DNA of 64,000 nt, taken from Tubiluchus corallicola. Lineage: Eukaryota; Animalia; Priapulida. Shown piece by piece: positions 37,734 to 51,444 of the stretch (the stretch's first letter is position 1; each line of letters opens with the position of its first letter). The stretch spans positions 563,126 through 627,125 of the forward strand of contig JAQGDQ010000069.1 in NCBI GenBank assembly GCA_030141605.1, written 5' to 3'. The notes beneath the pieces are model-generated. The model was not told the origin of the DNA. It ran no database searches and saw only the letters and a program-made list of their open reading frames with translations. The translations under genes were made by a program, and so were the position numbers.

Positions 37734-39394
37734 GAAATGAAACAGTTTTCGCAAACAGTAAGAAGTAATTGTATACATATGCTACATCAACAACTTTGCA
37801 AAACTGTATTGTCGCAATCAGCTTAACGCTTAAGTAAGAAGAAGTAAATTCGTTTTGGCACATTTGAGTGTGCCGCCTCTTTTGCACATTGCTCCGTTTG
37901 GTTGCTATGGCTTGTTAATATTATTAAAATTTTAATGCAAATCTAATCCCTACATCTTGTTATTCGCCATTGTTTCTCATCATATCATTACACTTATTAC
38001 CTTACAGGCTTTCCTTCCTTTTATCTTGAAACTTTGTTATTCCATTTTGCCTATTCGGCTCAGACCTTACAAGTTCATCTTCTGATCTGAGCCGATAATT
38101 GACTGCGCTGAATTAATCAATCGTTTGGCTATGTTTCATCTATTATTTTTATGTTATTTTCAAATTGTGAATTTTTGTGTAAGATATTGTTAAATTGTAC
38201 TTGGCTTTTGGAATAAATAAATTATATATTATGATTAAAAAAAACGTCTTCTACGGCTCAGTGGCTCGGATGGTGCAAAAGCACGGCTATTTTGAAGACT
38301 GGTTGTATGATGATGCCGAAACGGTGCTGGGTGTAGGGTATAACTCTAGCAAAAATGAGATGCAGCACATGTGTGGAATCCATCCAATTGATATAGTATA
38401 TGATAGTAAAAGTAGTAAATTTATGTTAAAAGCACTAACTCGACCAGAAAGTGACCATTTAAAAAGAGAAATAGCGTTATGTGAATTGTGAAGCTATGTC
38501 TAATACTGCTGGGAATAGTTTACATCCATTAAAAGTTCATTTATCAGCGACGAAGTCTTTCTTAAAAATTATAAGAAATGTAAATGTGAGAAATAAAGCT
38601 CTGTCAAATATCTCGATTTTCGTTAAAACGAAAATGGACATGTCTCAAAATTCTTGAGCCGACGATAGGGTAGAGGATACTGTCGAAGTACGCAAGTCAG
38701 AAATTTACTTCTAATTAGATCTACACCTAAATTAGCACTCGTTTTTACCGCTATCACTAAGTGAAGGCACAGCATTAAACGTACTATAAATGGACGTACG
38801 AGATCGTTTATATTCAAAATATGTGAGCAAAATGCTGACTGTTGTCCCTGTTGTAAGGCATTATCACAAACATCAGATCATATAGCTTTCGATTACAAAT
38901 TTTAGTGCCTTTAGAGCAAATACGTTACAATAAAATTTTATACCACGTTCTATTCAATTCTGTAATACTTACAAAATGTCATTTTTTGAAAAACGACACA
39001 GTTTTTTGGTTAAAATTTGTTAAATTAGTTAAATATGCAGAGTTGTTCCAAATATGGAGGGGACTCAGTATGTGGTAACCCCTTATACAGATCGATGAAC
39101 TTCCTTGTTGTTTAGAAGGACAAAAACAAGTTTGTTTATCTTAGGCTGACAGTTTTTGATTCTTTGTAAATAAACCTTTATGATAATTTGACTTTGTATT
39201 AATGTGCTAAATGTAGTTGTGGAAATTTAATGTTTGGCAAGCTAGGATTATCCAAACGCAAGCAAAGCAGCTTCAAATTATGTCATAAACTCCTATATAG
39301 ATCGATAAACTTCCTTGCCGTTTAGCTGGAACAAAAACCGCACTTTTTGTTTATTTACAAACACATCTTTGCGATGAATGACCTCGCACTAAAA

Positions 39395-39487
39395 TATAAA
39401 AGAGAGTCCTATCAATGAAAAATTAGATACAAACTGTTACAGTGCATCGTGACATCATATTTGTGCAAACTATAGGCTTATACTAAG
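39395..39487 (+). promoter_or_regulatory. Putative TATA box and non-coding first exon of the 40282-42553 gene
   Basis: TATAAAA at 39395-39401, a strong donor AAG|GTGAGT at 39487/39488, and acceptor(s) just upstream of the ATG at 40282. Confidence 0.5.
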
Positions 39488-40281
39488 GTGAGTTCCTGGC
39501 ATTATCTTTTTGGAAACTATCATCATATAGGGAATATTATATTGCGTTCAATATCTGAATCCAATAGTACTTGTATTCAAGTAGACTCAATATCTCATGT
39601 TTTGGAAAACCACTTGTAGTAAAATAGTAAAATTATACTTTGACTTTTTCATGGTCACTAGTCTTATAGAAGAGTACTCAATGGGCTCACTCGTTAGGGA
39701 TGCCAAATTTCCAAGCTCCAATACAGCGTAATGATCATATATAATATACGTATAATATTACAATACATAATATAATATATAATGAAACTTACTGAAGTGA
39801 CAATCTATTAACTTGATAATTAAAAAAACCTACGAACCTCATCACTTCTAGGGTCATTTTTTCAGGGTTTGTTCTCCAAATAGACGTGGATGTAACTTTT
39901 TAAATGTAAGTGTCTCACGAAATTATCGTGACACGCTTTTGCAACTTTTAGTTGCGCAACTGAAAATTACGTGTCAGCGAGGGGCCTAAGTTATTAAAAA
40001 CCACCTCTACATTGCAAGTACAAATCTGTAAGAAATTCTTGTAATTTTTACCTTCTAAACAACAATAACCAATTCTTGAACAAAACAACAGCAGAGCAGG
40101 TCTGGCCTGAGAAATCTGCAACTTAAAAAACAATTTTACATTTACTAGTCAGTACTTCCCTAGATCCGTACGTATCAAGGGACTTGAAATCAATTTTGTG
40201 GGTCTATAAATGTCTGTACTTAGTATTTATAATCTATATACTAGTAACTTATGATTTTTTTCTATAGTATAATTATAGAAG

Positions 40282-42553
40282 ATGGCATTAGCTACTTATT
40301 GCAGATTTATAGGTAAGTCAATATTTCACGTTGGACAAAGTTAGAAAAAAAATATTTCGACTGGCGTTTACAGTAAGCCTCCATGTGAACGTGTTGCTTG
40401 AAGTATTGTTACATCTGTTCGAAGCTTTGCAGAAGTTTTTCACCTTTGTGTTTCTAAAGTCCATAAACACGGTCAACGAAAGTGTTGCTGTTATTTTGTA
40501 TTTTGTGTTTTTAAGAGAGAATTTTCTCTTATTTGCACTCTGTCCTGTTTACGCTATCTTAATTTTTCAATTGGTTACTGCTTGATACCAGAACATCGTG
40601 AGTACTTATCAAGTTGAACCAAATTACGCATTATTATTACTAATATATTATTATTATTATTAATGATGTGACGTCAAAGATCGATGTTGAGTAAATTGAA
40701 GCAGACTGACTGTTCTTTTAAGTCAAAGCTTAACATTCAAGATCAATATGATGAGCATCAATACGTTGAGAATGAAAATGTTCAAATGTCGGGTATATTA
40801 ATTTTTGTGTACATTTTGTAGGTGCAATTATCTTGCTGATGACGATACTAGTCAGAGAAGCAACAGCGACTCGTTGTGCAAGTAAAAAAATAATGCATTA
40901 TGGTTATGGAATTTGTTGTATATAACGTTTAAAAATGTGTATAAAACCAGCAAAAAATTTGAGCAAACGTGGTCCTAAATTATATCATATATTATACTTT
41001 TAGCTTCTTGTAAGGAAGAAAAAGTATTAGCAGTGGTGGATTTAACGACATCACAATATAATATAGACAGTTCACAAGTTCGATGGGCAGTCGAATCTCC
41101 ATTTCATGGTCAACTAACACAAACCAGTGGTAGTTGCAATGAAAGAGGTATTCTTTTTCACTTCTAAATTTTATTCCGAGAACTACGCTAATTGTAAAGT
41201 AATATTACAATGTTTAAATTAGGCAAGCATGTATACGCACATAAGCAAGCATGTATCTACATGCACATTTTCACGCACGCACGTATGCACACCAAAAAAA
41301 CAAGAGCTGCTGTCATACTGCAGTCAAAAGATATACATAATATAAAATTACTGCACCTAGCTACCATAATTGGTTGCACAATGCCACATAAAAGATATTT
41401 CTGAGTATTTCAGTTTTTCGTCATATTTTGTAATTGAAAGGCAGTTCTCACAGTTTAACAGGCATTGCACTATAATAATAAGTGAAAAAATCTGCAAATA
41501 AAGAATGTAATGATTTCTTGGCTATTAAATGCACCGAAATAAACAATGATACGATATCGGACAGTGATATTAGTAACTGAGGTGTGTTTTAGTAACGTGC
41601 CAACCAAATAATTTACGCATTTGTTATAGATTACAAAGTGCTTACTAAGTTATCAAGTTTTCTCTTCAAGTATTTACTACTACTTGACCAGATACTAGCT
41701 GCTTAATTTTGGAGGCATTGATATGTTACCAAGACTCGTAGTGAGTGTCATAAGAGCAATAGACCCTGTAATGCTGACTCTTGCAGGTGTTCTGGAGTTA
41801 AATTTTCCTAAAGTTACGTCGAATCAAAAATATATGCGTATTGATTTCTACTTCAATGGGCTCAACAAGACTCAGTTGTGGGCCTTTGACATAGCAGACT
41901 CAAGAAATGACGGATACGGTACGTATTATAAAGATTTGGTACGTAAAAAGTTGAACGAAAAGTTGATTACGATTTAGCATCGATAGAGCAGACGTCTTAA
42001 TTAAATTTAAATTGCTTAGATTTCTTCACTGCAATAAAAGTCAATTATTAAACCTCTTTGTGTTATCTTTTTTCTTTTAGGCAATTTTTTTTAAATTTAA
42101 CACAAAGAGGTTTGTCAAAATAACAATGCCATTGCTTTCAATTGCTTAGGTGGTGATGACGGAGCTACTTCCAATGCTGCAGAGATTCATTCGCTGAACA
42201 ACGGTGGAATAATTGTTTATGGTAGTAATCGTTTGAACCAAGGCGGCTCACACGTCATACCCTGGGATGCTTTGGATGGGCATCTTAAACTGCGCCAGGA
42301 GAAGTGGATTGCGTATGGCACCCATATTACTGTCGTCATAGGTGATGAATATGTGGAATTTGACAATCACCATGGGGATGGCTTCTGCATGCGCTCCGGG
42401 CATCTTTTCTGCTTGACTGGTCAACCTCCCAGATACGGTAAAGTAGATTACAAAGTGTATTTAGCGCTGAACAGGGTGGTAAGGAACCGCAGCGACAGAA
42501 GAGGTAAAGACTTATGCAAAGCGGAAATTACCCAAATGGTATGCGATGATTAG
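40282..42553 (+). CDS. Uncharacterised secreted protein, 256 aa
   Basis: Exons 40282-40312, 40822-40881, 41004-41147, 41787-41918, 42150-42553; all introns are GT-AG phase 1 and the frame is open to TAG. Signal peptide MALATYCRFIGAIILLMTILVREATA; core WAFDIADSRNDGYGGDDGATSNAAE...LFCLTGQ..DYKVYLALNRVV..R.G..LC. Confidence 0.85.
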
Positions 42554-45500
42554 AGACAAAGAGATGTGAAAATGTGCAGTGAGGTTCCCACTTCTTTCTG
42601 TATTTTAAGGTCCCTCAAAAAACTTTCTGTAATTACTCGGTATAATACTCAACTGAACTTCATAATTTAATTATGAGACTGTATGTTATTGATGAAATTA
42701 GTTCGGTATTCTGTTTGATGATGAATTGTATCGTGATTATAATTAAATTCACAAAACAGCTAATTTAATTATTGTTAACGATTTAGCTTTTATTTTAAAT
42801 ACATATTTACATAAATGACTCGCTAATTTAAGTTCGCTTAAGTTTAACTAAATACACACATATATACGTTAATACATTAATGATATATATATAATGTCAA
42901 AAATAATAACCAAAAAATACATGCATACCGACACATTACACACTAAAAAGGAAATCTTTAATTGACACCTTTGTAATTAAATATTGCATAAGATAATTTT
43001 ATTATTGACGTAATATGTTGTAATATGTATATGTTCATTTGAGATCTGCAAAATTTAGTTCCTTTTATTGCTGTACTACATTGATACCGCTTATATATGA
43101 ACCAAACATAGTTGTGCTCTGATATCAGTTCTATGTTAATTGGTGGTTTGGTATTTTGTCTAATAGTTTCAACAGCGGCAAAAATAAAAAGTATATTTGA
43201 TTGTTACACTCAATTACCATTTATAATATTTTGTATTTTGACACATATTCACAGTAAAATTTATGCACGGAGCTACGGAAGCTGGTAGCTGGGTATCCAA
43301 ATGCGTTGGTTGAAAGGATAATGAGGGGCATCACATTTGGCCTCTTTTAGATGTTAGAGTATATCCTTTTAATACAAATTGTGATTTGTTAATATAGATG
43401 CTGCCAGAAATGTCAAAGAAAAAGAACTTTCGCTGCAACTTCTGTGCTTTATTATCGGTTGTCACCATCATGAAATGCAAAGAAATGGTATTTATTGACC
43501 TTTTTCGTTTTCTTTCTTTCACATTAATGTAAGTCGTGTCTTTCCATTCCTTTACTGTAGATTTCGTATTAAAGGAGAACGAAAATTAAGTACGTTCCAA
43601 AAACCTTTCTGGGACATACATGTTACTCATAAAAATACACGTATTACTTAGCTGCTTAATTGAAAGAATATTCCTAATAATTTATAATCTTCGCGCCAAC
43701 TGGTGAAACGTCACTGTTTTACCATCCTACACCTCCTTGGCTCACCAAAAAACCTATTATTAATCTTAGTGACAAAAGACAGTAATCTACACATTTACTT
43801 AGTAGATAAAGTGTTCGCTACGGATGCTCTGATTATTTTTTTAACTCTAAGGAAGGTTAAAATATTTAAATTCTTTATAACAAGCACAACATCAGTTTCA
43901 TAAACAACTTGCTATAAAATAAATTTTATTACATTTTTATTATGAAAATTAATTCCACTACACAGTAGCCCCATCTTTAGGAAATAAAGAACGATTTGAG
44001 CGAAATTTAGTACAAAAGAAAAACATTACGATTATCTATGTAATAATCATAGGAAAAACACGAAAGATATAAATAAATAAATTTCACGCTTGTGACAGAA
44101 AGAGTTAACTGATGATGACTGCCAGTTCTTGCAGGCTAAGCGCTTTGAAGTTTTTACGTTGCTTCTAGTGTTTTAAAAAAATGTAATGAAAATTTTAATT
44201 AAAAGATACTGACTGACGTTTTAACATACGTGGTTTATTGACTATCCGCAAGATTTACATGTGCAGAAAGCAAAAAGAGACAGTTTGTCGACAGAAGATG
44301 GCGAGACCGAGTTGTGATTAGCAAACGATTACGAAATCGCAGATTAATCGCTTTAAAATCTTGCCAAAAACTACCTGGCAAACCAAAAACAACTTGGGTA
44401 GTCAACAACTTGAACCATCTCTCCTTTAGGAGCAGAAGAACTTACACGGTTATCTGCAAATAAAAGGGGTGCAATGCCCTAATAAATGTAGTACAACAAT
44501 TGAGTACTACGTCTCAATGTAGGTACAACAGATGAAATGATACTTTAATGATGATGATGATGATAGATTAATTGAAATTTTGTAACGTTATAATTATGCA
44601 AACCCTGTAGCACCAACTGTTGACAAAAATTCTGCATAATGATACTGAAACTAAGTCCGCAATTGCAGTACCAGTTTTTAGGCAGAAAAGTAGGTAAGAG
44701 GTTACAAAAGTGATTTTTTCAGTATTTTTTGAACACTTTAAAGACGAGGTGATGATAGAATATAAAAATACAATATATTTAAAGTTCGTTTTTATCAAAA
44801 ACAAAAAAAATAAAATTTGACAGAATTTTTTATACTGTGAAAGCAGAATAACGTAGTTATGGACGGTTTGGGTTTGCAAGCACACATTTTATCTTGCTTG
44901 CTTTGCTCAAGGTACATTCTTGTTTTCTTTGTCGTTTGTCTTGTGGGCCCCCTCAAATGCTGGTCCCCCGGGCGCCGCCCCGGTTGACCCCCTCAGTCGT
45001 TGTATTTAACTCACACACTAAACATGCTATGTTGCCTCATGTATTGCAGCAATGTACACAATACATTGTTAAGTAATTTTACTGGCAAATGATTAGAATT
45101 TATAAACGTATTTATCATATTTACGTTTGTCTGTTTCCTTGATATAAACTACGTGATTTAGTACGCGCACGACTTTCAGTACTATTAGTTATTATTAATT
45201 CAGAACGTGCACGTAAATTATTCATTTACCGCTCTTGTTTCATTGACTGCTAGATGGCAGCAGCAATATACTCTTTAAACAAGCTGTTTATAGGTAGAGC
45301 CTTACTTTAACACCGAAACTTAGTTGTGGTACTCTAACACAGGGCATTTTGGTGGTATAGGTTGCAGCGCTATAATTAAATTGTTAGAGTTAAAATAGAA
45401 AATCAGTAATTTTTCACTATAATACTAGCTAAAAAGTTTACATTGCTCTAACTAACAGATTTATAGAAATACACGTAGTCACAGAAACAAAAAAATATGA

Positions 45501-45716
45501 ATGCAATTTGAAGTATCCAATTTTCGGTAAATGTCCACTACAATTCAACTAAGATAATGACGTCATTCGGACGTTCATGTTGACTTTATATATTTCTTTG
45601 GCTGTTGATGACGTTATACATTTCGTTAGCCATCGTTGTAACTAGTACAAAGTCTGTAAGTAGTACATCTAGACACAATATCAGTAAAGGCAAAATTCCA
45701 ATGCCATCCGATTAGA

Positions 45717-45860
45717 GTCGGTATGGTGTGATTGTTAACGCGTCTACTTTCTGACCGGGAGGTCGTGAGTTCGAAACCACGGCCTGCTTATGAAAAAGAC
45801 TAAAATGGTACCTGCTGTTGCCATGCCTGGCGCGTGGTATTTATTTATAGTGTGAAAGAG
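45717..45860 (+). mobile_element. tRNA-derived SINE fragment
   Basis: A-box-like TGGTGTGATTG and B-box GAGTTCGAAACC, followed by AAAGACTAAAATGGTACCTGCTGTTGCCATGCCTGGCGC, which resembles a conserved metazoan SINE core from memory. Confidence 0.65.
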
Positions 45861-47505
45861 GGATAATAGTAATCTCTGTTAACCAGGTGTGGTTTGTTCT
45901 TTACATTCTACTTTGAAAGTTTGCAACTTGAGTCTGAAGTCAACTTTTTTCTCTAAAAAAATTTCGTGTTATTATTATCAGTTTTTCGATTTTTGACAAG
46001 TTTGACAAGGTTAACTTGCTTTGTTGTGCACCACAAACACCGTGGTGGCGTCTTTTTTTTACACGGCGATAGATTTTCTTTTTAACAATTCTCATAGCTA
46101 TTGTTGCTATGCCTTTGCTAGAGTCGTCTGACCAAATGCATTCTGTTTGTTTGTATTAGTGATACTGTACTAAACCCCAGGGATGGTTACACGTATCTAG
46201 CAATCTACAGCTGCATTCTTCTGACACCTATATCGCACAAACATGCATTTAGACCATAAGCATAGGTTTGCACTTAGTAGCAGTTAGTCGATGCGTGCGT
46301 TGTGGGTTGGTTGTTCAATCCTGGTCGCTCGTATGATTTTGAACTAGTCAATACACAGTTAGCAGACGTTGTGCTTGTGGTTTACCGTGTGGAGGGCGAT
46401 ACCGCAACGGCTTTAGCTGTTTACCGTCTCCAGAACTACATTGTAAAATAGAGGGGACGCGTTTTTTGTTGTGAATTTGTAGGTAGGCCTACCTGTACCT
46501 ACGCTGTACTGCTTGTCTAAACGGTAGAAGGTGAGTTTAATGTCTTAGTATATGTAATAGGTATACTTGATCAGAAAGACTTAATAGTAGGAGTCTGGCA
46601 TTAAAGCTTCTTTGTTGTTATTGTTAATTAGTAGAAACTAGAATCTGCCAGTGCAAACTGCAAAGTCTGTGTAAGGTCCCTTCAAATTTTTAAGTTCACA
46701 GGCCTATTTGCAAAAGCGTCATTGGTGCCTTGCAAGTTAATTTTTGAATTACAAAACATGCGCATTGACGGTAAGACGATCTACCAACTACGAAAGCCAA
46801 CTGAGCCAAGTAAGCTTTTATAGACCTAAATGCTTTAAAAGACCCAAAAATGCCAATCTCAGTCAACCTCAACAAACATAATTAGGAAAGTTTGACGCTG
46901 GTCCTATATTTTATCATGTAGATCACAGAGACTTTTTGTATGCTTTCCTGAAGTTTTTGCACCCGTATAGACCGGCCGTTTTGAGTGATTTAGGCCACTA
47001 ACTCTAAGACCAGCAACTTTCCGAGGGCACATGTTGCTTCGTTTGCAGTTTGGAAAATTAATAATTTTTGGTAATAATCGCAGTTTGTGGTTTATGCATT
47101 TTATGCAAAGGTTTGTCGAGGACCAGTTTGAGATCAAAATATATTTTCTCTCAAGAAATCGCGGCGAATGTGTTGAATTTATGTTATGTCTGTGCTTTGC
47201 AACTCAAACCCATGCAAGAGCTTACGCCTTTCGCATCGCTGATGGGGTATAAAAATGGCGTAAAAAATCTGGATGGCTGTTCTTTTTATAAACTCTGCCC
47301 CTGCTGCCTTGATTCTTTGAGTCCTATTATACAGTCAGCAGAACCACTACAGAGATAATTTTACGCCACTTCTTGATTGTATTCAATTGGCAATTGAATG
47401 AATAACTATTATTATCTTAATAGTAGCGTAATATTCTTATCCTAATAATAGTAGGCCTATGATCTGTTGAAGTTGTAATGGCACAAACCAAAAGAAAGGA
47501 AGTAT

Positions 47506-47582
47506 GAAAAAGTGAGGAGTGGGTTCGAACCCAGGTATCTATGGAATAAAATTCAAAATCTTAGGCCATTATACTACACCCG
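47506..47582 (-). mobile_element. tRNA-like pseudogene/SINE head
   Basis: Minus strand GGTGTAGTATAATGGCCTAAGA...CCTGGGTTCGAACCCACTCCTCACTTTTT has A-box, B-box and a T5 terminator, but the acceptor and anticodon stems do not pair well. Confidence 0.45.
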
Positions 47583-50500
47583 GGGATGAATGTAATTATA
47601 TATATATATATATACTTATATATATATAATTAAAAAATAAACAAATAAATGATATTCCCGTTAGATAACTGTAAGTGCAACTGCAGGCTCTTAAAGTATT
47701 CAAGCTAATAAAATATTAAAGTAAAAACATAATTTAAAAACTTCTGTAAACAGGTCATATGTTTGCATCTGTGGCCTGGCACATTCTGCGAGGCACACTC
47801 GGCCAAGCACAAAATGCCTGAAAATAAGATACAACAGTTACAAGGACTGGGAAAATACCATAAGCTCCCCAGCAATGTTCAGTAGTACAGTGTATGTGTC
47901 CCCAAGTTGGAAGGATTTTGTTGTTTTGATCTTACATTTCTTATATATATATATAAACACTAAGAATCAGTACATCTTTGTGACCACTAGATCATGCTAT
48001 TGTTGACTTTTAATAAAAAATTGTGGGCTTTTTGACGGAATTTGGGAAAATTTCAGAAACGAGAAGTTAATGAAGTCTGTAGGATAGCGATCTGATTACA
48101 CCAATGTGATTACATGCTCAAAAAGCATGCACAGGTAGTTCAACAGGAGCAAGATTTCAATGGGGGTTCGCAGTTGACATTTTTAGACTTGAGCGTGCGT
48201 CATATCACATTGCCCGGTGATCTACAATGACGGTACGCCGTACTTACAATGAGTATCTACGATTAAGTGGGACTTGGCGTAGTCTGTTTCGTTGTAGTCA
48301 ACTTCATACAGCTAAAATAATGTCAACCATAATAATACTAGCGGGGGTGTATTTGCCAGGCGTAACACCATGACAACAAGGCAGCAGCAGCTGATCACGT
48401 GAACATGCAGTGCTTTTGACCTCGATCCTACCGGGAGTATAATAATTGCTGGGTGAAATTCTATTCCAGCCTGCGATCGGTTACTGCTGCTCCTGCAGCA
48501 GAGAGAGGGGAAGAATTTTTTCACGGTGCATGGGTAGCTTTGTACAGCATGGCATTTATATTGCAGGTGGCGCGAGTGTAGCGCGAGTACCGTCAACACG
48601 AAAGGTCCTTACTGTAGCTACAGTTCGGTGGTTCGATGGATAAACAATATATATCATGACTTAGTAATTAATGAAACTTATTTACTTGGGGTTGAGTAAA
48701 TAAGGCTATTGATTCAAGCAAGCAAACCTAGGGTATTGGAACATACTTCAAACTGATCAGGCAAATGATAATGGCTTGTTACTGTCTGTTGGGCGCTTTT
48801 ATATTGACCAGGCCTGGCAGTTAATGTGAAGACTTATTAATATTGTTCGTTCTTTAAGGAAAACTGGATTCATTCTGAAACTACATCTCAAAATAATCAA
48901 ACCTAGCTACAAAATATTGACATTGTTTTTTTTTAAATTAACTTACGTGACAGAATTATTACCGCACAAACCTAATCTCGCCTTTGCGTGGCTGTTCTTT
49001 GCTGTTGCATGCTTTTTAAATTGCTAGTTAGATGAGCACTTACTCTAATGCCCGCATCCCAAAAAATGTGTTGCACAAGAAGCAGGTGTTGCACCTCTCA
49101 GTTCAGATGTTGTTCAGTCGTGATGTAGTGCACACGTTCGTGAGAACAGGATAAACTTGAAGTTTAAATTTAAATTTTTGCTTTTAAAATTATGTTCAGT
49201 TGTGATGTCATCACTAACTGGGCTCTCCAGCTAGTGTTAATTAAGTTTTTAACTTATTATTTAATTATCAGAAACACATTAGTATTATTATAGGTGTTAA
49301 ATGTATCTTTAACGTACTTGAAAATGGGGTAGGATATGAAAAATTATTTTGTTTTCCTTTATATTACTATCGCTTTTGTATGTCAGAAGTTTCCCATGAC
49401 TGAGTGTTTATGCCGAATGTGATGCCCATTTTTACTGGGTTATGTAAGTCTACAACAGCTTGGTTTAATACATTGTATCCTATTGTTATGCTCTTGTACA
49501 AAAATACTTTTAATGTTTCACAATAAAGTTAGTCACAATAAACTTAAAACTTGAAATTTAGCTGTTTAAGCAAGCAGGTTTCATAGCTTGAACTTAAGTT
49601 GGTATGCAAGGGGTGTGTTGTCAACTTTAGCGATGTAATGTGATCAACTAATCTAATTTATCAAGTCTGCTACACTTTCACTCGTCAAAAGGGACTTTTC
49701 ACTTACTAATTTTTGACACTTCGCATAGGACATACTAGAGAGTTAGCCTTGTAGTCTAAAAAGATTTGAAAAAAGAAATGAACCGTTCCCAGAATCATTC
49801 TAAAAGATATTTTAAATTTTTAAAACATTTTGACATAATTTTCAAACCTGGAAAGCCATATGTTTCATAATGGTTATACAGCTTTATACTTAAGTAGCTG
49901 TTTGGCTTTTGTCTGTTAGTAAACATCATAATCTGGTATGCTTCCTAGAAAAATAACCCATTTCCCCTCTAGAAACAGAATAGTAAATTTAACAACCTGT
50001 TTTGGCTGATTTTATTAGCCTTTTAGTAGGTCTCTGATAATAAATAATTATGATGTTAAGAGTTAATTTATGCAGTTCAACCGTGAGATTAGCAACATTC
50101 CTTTTTCACTTTCAATTTTTTAAGAAAAATTACGTTACCGAGCATTTCTTTCAATATTCCATATGAATGAATGAAAAATGAATGAAAGTTCATGTGGGTT
50201 TCATCATAAACATAAGTGGATCCACCCTCTTAGTTATAGTGTCTATAATAATTTTATTGCAGATAGTATCCGGAATTCACCTTATAAAATAATATTTAAT
50301 TTTTTTATGGAACAGAATCTAAGAAGTGTGTGCATTTTACTAGAAATACAGTTTTGTGGGTAAATAGACTTCTTGGAAGAAAGTCATTACCATTCAGTGT
50401 GAAAACATGGGATCCTAGTACGTTGCTCGTAAATATCTGACAGTCATATTTCAGCAGTGTACACTTTAGCAAGCTTTGCTCTGCGAGGCAATTTTTGTGC

Positions 50501-51347
50501 TACTATAATAGTGAATTGTAGTGTTTATATAATTATTCTGTTGTTAAGTGATAATTCTCGAATTTTCCTAGAGTTACTAGGAACCACACATTGCAGGTAC
50601 GTTTTGCTTCCATGGCAACATGTTTTGCACAAAAGAAAATTGAAAGTGTTGCCAAATCGAAATTCTGCCCATTTACTGCATGTATTTAAGTCGAATTTAT
50701 TTCTGTAGAGTTACAAAAGGCTTTTAAATGCTTTTTGCTAATTATTGCCACGTATCTCCTATCGCTTTTTTATGTTTATGCAAAAGTATGTTGCTTATAA
50801 ACTTTCAAGTCTCCATTTTTTGTAAAATCATACAACTTTCGTTTGTCGTCAGCTTCTTTATAGAAGTCTATGGTCCCTGGTAGCCCTAGAAAAGCACACA
50901 ATTCTAAATGAAGACTCATTTATTCAGTTTACAATTTTCGACAACTGCATAACAAAAATAATAGGAATATAGACTGCAGTTTTCAATAAACTAGAAATGT
51001 GTGATATGTAGGTCTACGCATATGGTTATAACCACTAATGACGCATATACATTGACCAGTGAATTTCATGTTATTTGCGTAAGCTACAGCTGGAGTTTAT
51101 CTCACGTACCGCAGGCTATATTTGAAGCAGGGTTAATATGTACACAAACGGCTGCCTTGCGTGCATGTTGTTAATCACGTATGCGTTCTTATTAACTGGA
51201 CAGTGGTCAGCGGTCAGTCAGGTCAAGGTTGGCACATGGCACACTGCGACTACTGTATTGAGGGATGCGCTATAATTATCACGCATACAGATACTGAATC
51301 ATGACTGTGCTTTCTCGTGCCACAATTCTTTTCGCTCTCCCTCCCCC

Positions 51348-51348
<1 letters not shown>

Positions 51349-51440
<92 letters not shown>
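51349..51440. repeat. (TC)n microsatellite
   Basis: Perfect run of ~46 units; source of the poly-ER ORF. Confidence 0.97.

Positions 51441-51444
<4 letters not shown>

Noticed and set aside
45717-47582. Functional tRNA genes
   Set aside because: A/B boxes are present but acceptor and anticodon stems are not intact, so they were treated as SINE or pseudogene copies.
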